Part shown: piece after piece, positions 50,501 through 62,958 of the stretch
How positions within the stretch are numbered: the stretch's first letter is position 1
How the letters are laid out: every line of letters starts with the position of its first letter
Assembly (NCBI RefSeq): GCF_006345805.1
Contig: NC_043000.1
Location: forward strand, 88,474,001 to 88,538,000
Length of the DNA stretch: 64,000 nt
Source of the DNA: Octopus sinensis
Lineage: Eukaryota
Reading direction: 5' to 3'
Program-made: the position numbers and the translations under genes
The notes under the pieces: generated by a model
The model's input: only the letters and a program-made list of their open reading frames with translations
What the model was told of the DNA's origin: nothing
Database searches by the model: none

Positions 50501-51377
50501 ATCAGCAGAAGACTGCGTGGTGTTAGCTAGAATAGATATAGACTCCTATGTAGGTAACAGTGAAGAATGCTTATTAAAACCGTCTAGAATCACAAGACAT
50601 AGGGAAACTAAAAACCCAAACGACTTAAAAACCAGAAAAAGAAGCGAAATTATCTGACTGGCAGGAGGTGTTGCATGGTAAATTCCCAAAGATATTTGCA
50701 GCAATTAGTAGTAGTGAGACATGGCTATGGTTGCAGAATGGAAAGCTGAAAAGGGAGACAAAGAGTTTGTTAGTAGCATCACAGGATCAAGCATTAGAGA
50801 CTAATTGGATAAATGCCAAGTAGATTTCCAATGTAGGTCATGCAAATCAAAAGTGGAAGGCGTTATTCATATAGTAAGTGCTTGTAGCATGTTGGCACAG
50901 AAAGAATACAAGAAAAGACATGACAACCTAGGGAGAGCAATCCACTGGGAGCTATGTAGAAAGCTAGGATTTCAACATACCGATAAATGGTATGAACATG
51001 AATATAATAAGGTGCTAGAACTTAAGAAATATAAGCTGTTGTGGGAATTAACATTCAGACTGACAGAGTAATACAAGCTAGAAGGCCTGATTTAGTACTA
51101 GTAGATAAAGAAAATAGAAAATGCCAGATAATTGACTTTACAGTCCCAAATGGTAGGAAAATCAATATGAGATGTATAAAAAAGTAGCAAAGTACCAGAA
51201 CCTAGCCATTGAATTCCAGAGATTATGGAAAGTGCGGGTAAAATGTTTCTCAGTAATCATAGGTGCATTGGGAACTATCCCTAAATATTTGAACAGACGG
51301 ATAGAGGAAATAGGCATAAAACCCAATTTAGTACAGCTCCAGAAAACAGTGTTCTAATATGTTGTATGTATATGAAA
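47530..51377 (+). mobile_element. R4/Dong-like LINE (copy D3) with N-terminus, RT core deleted, split by a mariner, ending in (TAA)n
   Basis: RGYRKKMHRAW...EQNLCDQSRAIRKNEWL; NRLF then YKY within ~80 bp; LYLPRKEGG; CRSCKSKVEGVIHIVSACSMLAQKEYKKRHD; RPDLV; IGALG. Confidence 0.85.
48920..50208 (-). mobile_element. Complete mariner (DD34D-type) transposon with TIRs and TA duplication; transposase frameshifted
   Basis: TA-CGAGAGGCGTTCAATAAGTAATCCCTGACCCACTT ... AAGTGGGTCAGAGGCATTACTTATTGAACGCCCCTCG-TA (TA at 48918-19 and 50209-10). Motifs WIPRLL, DETWVHH, LLQDNAPIH, YFPDLAPSDFHLF. Confidence 0.95.
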
Positions 51378-51407
51378 ATAATAATAATAATGATAATGAT
51401 GATGATG

Positions 51408-51477
<70 letters not shown>

Positions 51478-51486
51478 TATAATAAT

Positions 51487-51700
51487 CCTTTCTACTATAG
51501 GCATAAGGCCTGAAATTTTGTGGGGTGGGGTGATCCAAGTCGATTACATCGACCCCAGTACTCAACTGGTACTTGTCGACCCCGAAAGGATAAAAACGCA
51601 CAGTTGACCTCGGCGGAATTCGAACTCAGAATGTAAAGACGGATGAAATGTCGCTAAATATTTTACCCGGCGTGCTAACGATTCTGTCATCGCGCCGCTC
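51487..51700 (-). mobile_element. tRNA-derived SINE with (ATT)n tail (also 51996-52209 and 52495-52708)
   Basis: Minus strand has B box GAGTTCGAATTCC (51615-51627) and a tail ...TAGTAGAAAGGATTATT. Confidence 0.85.
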
Positions 51701-51915
51701 CCCTTTACTTACTTTTTCTTTATCACGATTTTCTCTTCTTTCCTTTTTCTCTCTATTTTTCTGTCCCTTCTTTTTCTATCACATCACTTTGTAAATGAAC
51801 AACCTGGTGTATTTATTTTGATGGCCTACATATGTATACTATGAGTTTCTATGCCCTAGGTCTTGAGAAGACACTCTGCAAGGAAGAGTAACAAAATTGA
51901 AAGAAAAAGATAATG

Positions 51916-51986
<71 letters not shown>

Positions 51987-52423
51987 TATAATAATCCTTT
52001 CTACTATAGGCATAAGGCCTGAAATTTTGTGGGGTGGGGTGATCCAAGTCGATTACATCGACCCCAGTACTCAACTGGTACTTGTCGACCCCGAAAGGAT
52101 AAAAACGCACAGTTGACCTCGGCGGAATTCGAACTCAGAATGTAAAGACGGATGAAATGTCGCTAAATATTTTACCCGGCGTGCTAACGATTCTGTCATC
52201 GCGCCGCTCCCCTTTACTTACTTTTTCTTTATCACGATTTTCTCTTCTTTCCTTTTCTCTCTATTTTTCTGTCCCTTCTTTTTCTATCACATCACTTTGT
52301 AAATGAACAACCTGGTGTATTTATTTTGATGGCCTACATATGTATACTATGAGTTTCTATGCCCTAGGTCTTGAGAAGACACTCTGCAAGGAAGAGTAAC
52401 AAAATTGAAAGAAAAAGATAATG

Positions 52424-52485
<62 letters not shown>

Positions 52486-52946
52486 TATAATAATCCTTTC
52501 TACTATAGGCATAAGGCCTGAAATTTTGTGGGGTGGGGTGATCCAAGTCGATTACATCGACCCCAGTACTCAACTGGTACTTGTCGACCCCGAAAGGATA
52601 AAAACGCACAGTTGACCTCGGCGGAATTCGAACTCAGAATGTAAAGACGGATGAAATGTCGCTAAATATTTTACCCGGCGTGCTAACGATTCTGTCATCG
52701 CGCCGCTCCCCTTTACTTACTTTTTCTTTATCACGATTTTCTCTTCTTTCCTTTTCTCTCTATTTTTCTGTCCCTTCTTTTTCTATCACATCACTTTGTA
52801 AATGAACAACCTGGTGTATTTATTTTGATGGCCTACATATGTATACTATGAGTTTCTATGCCCTAGGTCTTGAGAAGACACTCTGCAAGGAAGAGTAACA
52901 AAATTGAAAGAAAAAGATAATGATAATAATAATAATAATAATAATA

Positions 52947-52992
<46 letters not shown>
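51487..52992. repeat. Near-identical tandem triplication (units 509, 499 and ~498 bp): SINE + CT-rich tract + LINE 3' end + (TAA)n
   Basis: Units start CCTTTCTACTATAGGC at 51487, 51996 and 52495. The differences seen are (TAA)n length and one T in a homopolymer. Confidence 0.95.
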
Positions 52993-54800
52993 CTCTACTG
53001 GGATGGTAATTGTACAAAAGTTGTTATGTCCCATAGTTCCCTTGTAATGTACACTTGTCTGAAATTTTCGACTTATAACCTATTTGCCACTTACGTGAAA
53101 GATTATGACTGGAGTCTTGACAGCAAAGTTATATAATCTTCTGGAAAGTAACAATTTACTTCCAGTAGAAGAGAAAGGATGCAGGAAGTAAAGTAGAGCA
53201 ACTAAAGCTTTGTTATTAGTTGATAAAATGATAATAAGAAATTGCTGACGCAGACTGACGGGATTCATTGAATTATAGAAAAGCATATGAGACGGTACAG
53301 CAAAGTTGAATAAGTAGACAATGAGCATATGGGAGAAAATACATGGAGAAAATGGAACTGAAAATATGAAACATTGTAATACTGAAGCGATTGGAAGAAA
53401 AGGACAAGTTAGGAAAGTCAATATCAGACGTGGTATATTTGAAGGTTTTAACTAATCTTAAAATAGGGAAAGGCCATGATCAGATAATCCATCTTCTTTC
53501 TATGGATGCTACAAAACTTTATGCGAAAAATGCGAAGTGGGCTGAAAGTCTTGTACATGAAGGAGAAATTAAATTTGGTGTTAAAAAGTGCGCTATATTG
53601 ATAATGAAAGAAAAATAATTAAAGCAAGGCAAGGAATTTGAAATAGTGGAGGCTGATGAAATCGAACATGAAGAGACACATCAAATTACAAGTTGGGAGA
53701 AAACGAGGAGAATGAGAAAAATGTTACAATGTTCATTTCAAAATATGCTATTGAGCCAATAAATGCAAGAGAAGTATCGGTAATTAGATATGGAGTTGGA
53801 ATAGTAGAACTTGAAAGAAAAACTAGAAAGCTGTTCACTCTGTATGGCTGATAGTAATTGGTTGTACTTGAAGAGAGACCAGGAACGAAGAATGTGTACA
53901 AAATGGAAAGAAAAAGCGTATTAAATATTTACAGCATAAAGAAATTACTAGAGGCAGTTAGTAAAGAACAGGTGCTCAGGATTAGAATAGGAGCAAAGGA
54001 CGAGAATGAAATAGATAGAGAGTATATAAAGCATATTGAGGAAAAACTTTGGTATGGTCAGCTTTAGAAAGCCACTAAAGATTATATGGAACAAAAACCT
54101 GGACTTGGTTTAAAAAGGGCAACCGAGAAAAGATACAACGAGCTTTATTATAGCAGTTCAAAGCCAAGCGTTAAAAACAAATAACTTGAGAAAATACGTG
54201 CATGGGCAGATGGTGTCGGCAAAATTAAAGAATATATGGAATTAAAGATGAAACAATGACACACACTATTGTAGAAAGTCGGAAGATTGCTCTGGGGGAT
54301 TATAAGAAATGGAGGTATGAGTAAGATGCGAACGTTTTACACTTGAAGCGTTGTCAGAAATGAGGATCTGCAACTGAAAGTATTTGGTATAATCGGATTG
54401 AAAACTTGTTTGACTCGGAGAAATGCAAGATTTTATAGGATTTTCATATTAAAACGGAAAAGATTGAAAATAATAAACCAGATATAGCAATAATATACAA
54501 GGAAAAGCGAAGTTGCTTAGTGATTTGATTTATTTCCTTTTGATTTTAGGATAGTAAACAATGAAAATGAAAGATTAATAAAATACAATCACTCAAAATT
54601 TGAAAGAGATTTCGGAATATGAAAACTGTAAACGTTGTGTCTATTAGAATCGAAGCATTAGGGACTGTGAGTAATGATATACACGAATATTTGAAGGAGA
54701 TTGAAATGGAATGTCCTGAAGAACTTCTACAGAAAGTTGCCTCTGAAGAGCAGGAAAGATGTTTTCCGTGAATTTTTCACGAGTCCAGCTATTAATTATA
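52993..54800 (+). mobile_element. Old R4/Dong-like LINE fragment (copy D4), RT to endonuclease
   Basis: Starts right after (TAA)n. Decayed YRPITCL-like, IHLLSMDATKLYAK, FGVKKCAIL, KPDIAII and IEALG motifs. Confidence 0.75.
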
Positions 54801-54899
54801 ATTATAAGAGTTGTACATCTAGTCGTAACTAGGGTGATGCAAGTGCTATTAACATACAAATATTAACTCTAGTCATACTAACTATATACAACATAATCG

Positions 54900-55330
54900 T
54901 AATCTAAACAGCCGTCCCTGTAATAACTTTCGTCATCGAAACTATGTAATTGTAGAAATACATTTCTGAGCCCTTTTATTAATAGCTGTCTGGCAAAAAA
55001 TATTGTTTATAAATGTAATATTCATACTAACCAGAATACATTTATCTACACAGGTATTACTTCTACCACCTTCAAACGGAGATGGCATACCATAATCACG
55101 GCTTTAGAAAAACAGATATGGTTAAAACATGACTATAAAAATCTGGCAGTTAAACACTTTCTACTCCCGTATTACCTAAAATATTGAGAAAATGCTAGAT
55201 CCTATATTAACGATAGGTATGGTTGTAGCTTTTGCTGCATGGAATTAATGGAAATCTTAAAACGTTCAGGTGAAGTTATTAACAAATCAGGTTAACTCGA
55301 GATTAAATGCCTGCATTCCATTAGAAAAAC
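54900..55330 (+). mobile_element. Penelope-like GIY-YIG endonuclease fragment
   Basis: CNCRNTFLSPFINSCLAKNIVYKCNI and IYTGITSTTFKRRW match the CNCR...CL...VY...YIGxT...FKxR pattern. Confidence 0.65.
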
Positions 55331-56026
55331 CTCGTTCTACTTAAAACCCATTATCTAGTCCAATTCTAGTTACTGTGCTATTATTTCAAATCTTACACAA
55401 TAAATATTCATATTTGATAATTAATAGCTTGTCTCGTATCTAATAGCTTACTTAACCCATTATTTCTCTAGTAACTATGAATAATCTAAATAATGAGGCC
55501 TTGGCGCAGCTCATATATTATAACGGACTGTTTAGTTTGATTCAAGTTTTGGATATCTTCATTACAACAGCATCATGCACACCCAGTGACTGGAAATACA
55601 AATCTTTACTGTAATTTGTACTCCTGTTAGATCAATCATTACCTTACAGTAAATACTAAATGCTAAATATCAAATATTTAATGTCAAGTATATTAATTTC
55701 CGTATTCAAGATGTTTATAACTTGGTAAGCTTTTATCATCACTATTTTGTTTGGTTTGTCTTAATAATTACTTTTTGAATGATCAGAACATGATATTATC
55801 CTCGTGTTGTTCACTAAAAGTACACTTCTTTCTGGAAACTTCCTTATTTTTCTCGTCCTCTCTTCTTCCATCTCTTATACTTACCATTACCTCTCTCTAT
55901 ATATGGGATTTATCCCGTTTTTAAATGTCCCTTTTCTATCCTTGTCGGTTTCTTTCGTTTATTTGCTATTCTCTTTTTATCTAAAAGCAAATTTTACTAT
56001 TCTAAGAGTGCGTGTATGTATGTATG

Positions 56027-56079
<53 letters not shown>

Positions 56080-56107
56080 ATGTATATGTTTATGTATGTA
56101 TATATAT

Positions 56108-56173
<66 letters not shown>

Positions 56174-58685
56174 GTACATACATACATATATATATGTGCA
56201 TAAATTTTTACTTGTGTATATATATATGTATGTATGTGTATGCGAATGTAAATATGTATATATGAATGAAGTAAAATAACTAAATGGTTGTCTTTGAGCT
56301 TCTCCATCAATGCATATAGATCATACTGCATTCCTTGACGCCAGTTTTCTGTATAAAACTGTTACTTCGTATATTGTAAAGTTTATAACTTTAAATTATA
56401 ATTCCATTCTCTTTTTGTTTGGTACTATTGTTATTCAGTTTCATGACACCCAATTGATTGGGCCAATTGATTGACATTTGTATGATTTATTTCATAAAGC
56501 AGTGTCTTTGACTATAACGTCCCTTGTTTGTGAATCAATTCTTACTCAACAAGTCGTAATATGACTGTTTTAAATATTGCCTGATAAGTGTGAGATTTTC
56601 ATAATGTTTGGCGTAATCCAAAATATTAGATTGTTCTCACAATAAATAAAATTTCTTAGTGAAACAATTGTTCGCTTATTACTATTTCTCGCCTCACTAA
56701 GGAACCTATTATTCGTCTAATTGCGGATTACCCAACTACAGTGCCTGATCTTCATCGATGTTTTCTGCGTTGATAATCTCTGCTCTGTGTGATTCTCTAG
56801 CTAATCAGTGATTTACTACACGTTCATGTACCTCGATTCTTTATGAATACTATATAACCACAATATGTGTGTATGAGTGTGTATGTATGCGTATATAATT
56901 CACGCGTGATACATGATTTTCCATCTGTTTTGTAACTAGTATAATAGATTATGTATCTCTTCTCTTGGAGCAGTCAGTTATTCTTTTCATCGTATGAGAC
57001 TAATTCGAATGAAGATTTCCAGATTTCATCCTTAGAAAGCAAAACTATGGGTTTAAACGAAATTATCCGGGCGATATTAGCGTTACTATAAATATGGATA
57101 CTTTAATTTTGATTCGGATATTCGTAATAATCGCTTTATATTTTTAATCCAATAGTACATGAGTGAATAATATATATTTAGTGGTTACAGTGATATTAGC
57201 TACACACACACACAGAGACACACACACTCACACCCCCCCCACACACACACATAAATGAATGTATGTATGTATGTGTGTTTGTATGTGTATATGTATGTAT
57301 GCATGTGTGTATGCATATATAAGATCAAACTTTTAGTTAATTATCTGACCCGTTCCAGAACATCGCTTGTGTTCATAATTCATTGCTAATATTAGTATAC
57401 TGGGTTATTTTGTTCCAAAACATCGACCGAATCCAAAATTCTACATCACAAGTGTCATTATAAAAATTAATAGGACCCATCTTATCTTTGAAAAACGAAT
57501 ACATATCATGAAACAAATACCATAATTGTACAAATGAAAATAACTTATAAGAGTAAATGAAGTGAAAAATAGATTAATGTTTGATATTTGAGAGGTCTTT
57601 TACAGATTATTTGTTATTTGATTGGCCTCTGTCCCACGATTACATGAGCTATGGCAATTAAAAATTAATATCTATAAAATAAACAGATGTTATTATATGA
57701 TAAATAATTCAATATGGAAAATGAAAAGCGTAATAAATTAGATAAATTTAAAATCAACTATTTAATTAACTCATGTTCAACATGGAATCTTTCTGATATA
57801 TCGTTGTTAGTTGTTTTCGGTTTGATGTATATCAATAAAAGCAAATGATTTTAGGCTTTTGTGTCGAAACACATGAGACACATGATTAATTTTTAAAATG
57901 CTTATTACAATTTGAAGAATGCATATTAATTATATACCCGTCAATAAAAAAATCATGCAATATCTCACTTGGGTTTAGCAGCCTACATCAACGGGAACAA
58001 GTTGATAGATGAGAACCACAGAAGTCATGTTTACCAAAGTTTTTACAGGAAATTCTTTCTCCCTCAGGAGGATTATCTGCATCTTCTGCTATTGAAGATG
58101 ACACATCAGAAATAGATGGTTCTTGGAGGATGTTTTTAACGAAATTTTCTAGAATGCATTACCACGGCTTATTCTTCTCGACACCGCAAAAAGTATTACA
58201 ATACTTTATCTGAAAAAATAATTCATACTTTATCAGAGAAATAATTCCCATTTTCTCCGATATAAAAATGTGCTCTCACAATGTCTGTGACATCATACCA
58301 GTAGCAAAAATACCTGCTAAAGTTATATGAAAATCTTTTATTTTGATCCTTCGCCTCCTCGTTTTAAGAGTTCTTTCATTGATTTAAGAGCTCAACTTTC
58401 TCCCATATGAACAATGTAAGGCTCTCTTTAATACTTCTCAAGTTCCACAGAACTGCCTAACAGAAAATTTCCTATAGGACCTATCCCAAGCATGTTCAAG
58501 TCTGTTCAAGAGATATAAAGCCACGATGGTCTCAGGATGTTGATATTCTTTGTATGGTTATCTTTTATCACGAGCAGTATTATCTTTTGTATTTCTGTTA
58601 TTGGTGCTCAGTGTTGAATTATTATTATGCTTCGTTTTTGAGATTTGGTTTACAAGATTCTTCATGTGAGTTCGTGTTTTGAGGC

Positions 58686-58815
58686 ATATTCTGTTGTGTC
58701 TGGGGAGAAAAGGTTGGGAAAATAAAAATAAGAAATAAGTGGAAATTTTACCAGTGAGTGTGTTGAATTATAAGACACAAAAAGAAAATGACTCTCCCCA
58801 GAGACAACAGAATAT
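58686..58815. repeat. 130-bp element bounded by 23-bp inverted repeats (1 mismatch)
   Basis: ATATTCTGTTGTGTCTGGGGAGA (58686-58708) and TCTCCCCAGAGACAACAGAATAT (58793-58815). Confidence 0.85.
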
Positions 58816-59009
58816 TATTATGTTGTTTATCTTAAAAGTGAAGGAATGCGATGGTATCCTGACATTTAGGTTATTTTTGTTGTTGGAATTTATGGTTCTC
58901 TAGGTTTGAAAGTTGTGAATATGAGAGATTAGTTTGAGATAGCTAATGGATCGATAGATCAAACCGAAGTTCTACAATGATGAAAATATAACCGGAAATA
59001 TTCTATTGC

Positions 59010-59164
<155 letters not shown>

Positions 59165-59165
<1 letters not shown>

Positions 59166-60762
59166 ATGATGATCTTAGTGCATGATGCCACTAACACTGA
59201 TTCTGAAGAAAGTAAAGGCTGGGTATGTATTCAAAAGCCGCCAACAAAATGTCAAACACTCGTTATTCATAGATGACCTCAAACTTTATGGTAAAGATGA
59301 ATCCCAAGTCAGTTCCCTCGTTGATATGGTGTATACTTTCATTGGAAAAGTGTGGTGTGTTAGTCTTGAAGAGAGACAAAATCAAATGTATGGACGAGCT
59401 AGCAATACCGTCGGGGGAGGTTATGAAGCAGATAGAAGGGACGGGCTATAAGTACTTGGGGAATTTGGAAAGGGATAAATTGATGGAGAAAGAAATGATA
59501 GAACATTTAAGGTGGAATACTTGCGCAGACTGTGACTGATACTTAAGTCGAAATTAAACGGACGGAATAAGATTGAAACTATCAACATGAGGGAGGTTTC
59601 ACTCCTTAGATATGGAGCAGGGGTAATCTCATGGACAATAGACGAACTAAACAGCTTAGACAGAAAGGCAAGGAAGTTGGTGACTAGATATGAGTCTGTC
59701 CATCCAAAGGGTGACACAGACAGACTGTATGTACCAAGGAAAATAGGGGAAGAGGACTTTTTGGATGCGAACACAGCATTAGAGCAGAAGACAATTTAGC
59801 ATGGCATATAAAAAATGCCACAGAACCGCTATTATTAGACGTAAGAAAGTCAGGCTTGTGTAGGATAAAAGATTGCAAATATAAAGCACTACACAAGAAA
59901 TTGAAAACGAATTAAAACTGAAAATAGGTGGGTAAAGAAAAGAATGCATGAACAATTTAATGGGAATGTTGAAGATAAGGCAGACAGAGAAAAAAGATGG
60001 CTGTGAATGTCTAAAATTGATTTAAAACCGGAAACGGAAGCTTTAATCTGTGCTACCCAAGAGCAAGCACTAAGAACAAACTACATAAAATACAGAATAG
60101 ACAACACATCAGAAAGTTATAAGAGCAGAAACTGTGGATAAAATGGTGAAAGCGTATGTCATATTACCAGCCAATGTACACCACTAGCCCAGAAGGAATA
60201 TAAGAGACGCCACGACAATATAGCAAGGATTGTCCATTGGAAACTTTGCAACAAGTATGGACTTGACAGAGCAAAAAATTGGTACGACCACAAACACGAA
60301 GGCATCATCGAAAAGGATAATGCAAAGATCCTGTGGTATTTTATGATTCAGTGCGACCATGAGATAGAGAATAGAAGAAAACATAGTCTTTATGAGAAAG
60401 AAAATAAACTATGCTTGATCATAGATATAGCATGCCCAGCTGACAACAAGGTATGCGATAAGGAAGAAAGAAAAGTCGAGAGATATGACAGGTTAGCTTG
60501 GGTGGTTAAGCAGTTTTGGTTGATGAAAAAGGTGGTAGCTGTAACAATAATAGTCGGAACTCAGAGAACAGTGATTAAAAATCTTGAGAAGCACATGGAA
60601 CAAATAGGGGCTGCAATAAGGGAGGAGCATTTGCAGAAAACAGCACTGCTTGGAACCGAATACTCCGGAAGGTGCTAAAAAAATAAGAGGTATTACCTTA
60701 GTCCACTGGGAATGACAGCTGACACGGTAGTACATCTCCAGCGTTAGAGGATGTGCAAAGGC
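59165..60762 (+). mobile_element. R4/Dong-like LINE, 5'-truncated (copy D5), ending in (TAA)n
   Basis: MMPLTLILKK, LFIDDLKLYG, YKYLG, LYVPRKIG, EYKRRHD, CLIIDIACPAD, QKTALLG. Confidence 0.88.
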
Positions 60763-60775
60763 AATAATAATAATA

Positions 60776-60828
<53 letters not shown>

Positions 60829-60864
60829 GTAATAGTAATAATAATAATAATAATAATAATACTA

Positions 60865-61368
60865 ATATTTTACATACCGACAATACTATAAAAGCTAATA
60901 AACCGGATATTATTATGAAAGATCAAACAAAAAGGTGTGTTTATAAATTTACATGAGTCTTCCTCGCGATCACAATATAGCGGCGAAAGCATTTGACAAC
61001 AGCAGTAAATATAAAGACTTGCTAATAGAAATGGAAAAAATATGGCATCTCAAGGCGACTACAGTACCAGTGATTGTAGGATCTCTGTGAATGATATAAA
61101 AAAAAGGTACTGAAACCTATTTAAAAATAATACCAGGCTTACCATCCCAACAGGAAGTACAAAAATTCGTGCTAACTGGAAAGATTCATGTACTGAGAAG
61201 AGCATTATCGCCGTGAAAACAACATTCATTCATGAATTTATTTATTTATTTATTTATTTCAAATATAATATATTTTACCTGTGAATTTGCGTGTGTAATC
61301 TGGGAATGCGTACCATGAGCTTCTCTGCCCTAGGTGTACGGAAAATTTGACGAAAGAAGGAAAAAGCA
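60865..61368 (+). mobile_element. R4/Dong-like LINE 3' end (copy D6), (TAA)n on both sides
   Basis: TIKANKPDIIMKD, SKYKDLLIE, TVPVIVGSL. Its 3' UTR ATGAGCTTCTCTGCCCTAGGT resembles ATGAGTTTCTATGCCCTAGGT in the triplicated unit. Confidence 0.85.
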
Positions 61369-61391
61369 ATAATAATAATAATAATAATAAT

Positions 61392-61595
61392 CCTTTCTAT
61401 TATAGGCACAAGGCTTGAAATTCGAGGGAGGGGATAGTCGATTACATCGAACACAGTACTCAACTGGTACTTAGTTTATTAACCCCGAAAGGATGAAAGT
61501 AAAGTTAACCTCGGCCGAATTTGAACTCAGAACGCAGCGACGGGCGAAATACTGCTAAGCGTTTCGTCCAGAGTGCTAAGGATTCTACCAGCTCT
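61392..61595 (-). mobile_element. tRNA-derived SINE
   Basis: CCTTTCTATTATAGGCACAAGG...GTCGATTACATCGA...GAATTTGAACTCAGAACG; same family as 51487. Confidence 0.85.
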
Positions 61596-61789
61596 AAGGA
61601 CCATAAAGTTGTGTATGTTTGTGTGTTTGAGTGTGTGTGTTTGTGTGTGTTGTGTGTGTGTTATTGTGTTTGTGGGGGGTGCGCGCGCGTGTGTGGGTGA
61701 GTGCGTTGTGAGGGTTTCGCATGTAAACAGGTTTAACTTAAAAAAATCAACTTTAGCATTGTATAATCTTCTATAGGGAGGAGACGTTC

Positions 61790-62590
61790 GAGGGCTGCTC
61801 ATGAAAAATCCCTATAAAAACCCGGGTACCTTGACTACTAGGGCAGGTGTCTCCCCTCATTTCCACGGGCATATGCTCAGGAAAGGTCCATTAACTCGCA
61901 CCATTCTCGCCACCCTTATCCACCTTTCAGCAAAAGGGCTACAAGGCAACCCTTCACCTTATTTTCCTCATCTGAAACTTGAAGAAGTTCATGAGGAATT
62001 GTTACAAGGTGGCATAATAACGCCGATAAGTATCTTCATTGGAGATTGTATGAGAGAGTACTGCCTTCATAGGGCACTGGAATGCTATGAACATAACCCA
62101 GAAAGCGTTATCAATAATAATGAACATAAGATCGTCTGAGATTTTAAAATCTAGTATGATTTAGTGACTGAAGCTCAGACACCAGACACTGTTGTAATTC
62201 ATAAAATGATGACGTAAATCAACATTTTAGATATTGCCATGTCTACGGATGTACGAATATGTGATAAAATAGTGGAAAAGATTTAAAATTGCAACACACT
62301 GAAAGCTAAGATTGCACGAACGTAGGCAATGAAGAAAGTGATTGTAATACAAGGAGTTGTTAGGAAACTGGGAGCATTAATTACTAGGTTTGAGAAATTT
62401 TTATTGATTTGAGGATAGGGTATGCTTATGAAGCTGATTTACTGGGAGCAGCGAGAATTTTGAGAGTGGTACTTGAATGTTAAGCATCGTTCAAAGAGAC
62501 CCTCTGAGATACTTGAAAACGCGTTGTTGTCCGGTCTTACAGAATTAGCCGGAGCCAGTGAAATCGAGAGCACTGGGAAATGAAACAACA
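61790..62590 (+). mobile_element. Short R4/Dong-like element (copy D7): unrelated GC-richer 5' segment fused to the endonuclease C-terminus
   Basis: From ~62005: YLHWRLYE, YEHNPESVINNNEHKIV, ILDIAMS, VEKI, LLGAARILRVVLEC. The first ~200 bp show no RT motifs. Confidence 0.7.
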
Positions 62591-62837
62591 ACAACAAAAA
62601 ACTATAATAGTAATAACATTTATAATAATTGTAAGCATATTATATCATTACCCACCAATACTCCATCATCACGTGTTACTTTCCAGAAAATCTAGATAAC
62701 TTACAATATTGAAGTGCATATCCATGAGCAGAAACCAATTCAATAAGTTATGTGTGTGTATATATGTGATTACATCAATATGCATACATAAATACAGAAA
62801 TACATATGTACATAAATACATTTAGATAAACATATGA

Positions 62838-62872
<35 letters not shown>

Positions 62873-62879
62873 ACATACA

Positions 62880-62958
<79 letters not shown>

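Noticed and set aside
51281-52615. Repeated ORFs MRFYPFGVDKYQLSTG... and ...ILSTIGIRPEILWGG..., suggesting a tandem gene family or CRISPR-like array
   Set aside because: They are SINE sequence read through (TAA)n in a triplicated unit. There are no unique spacers and the context is eukaryotic.
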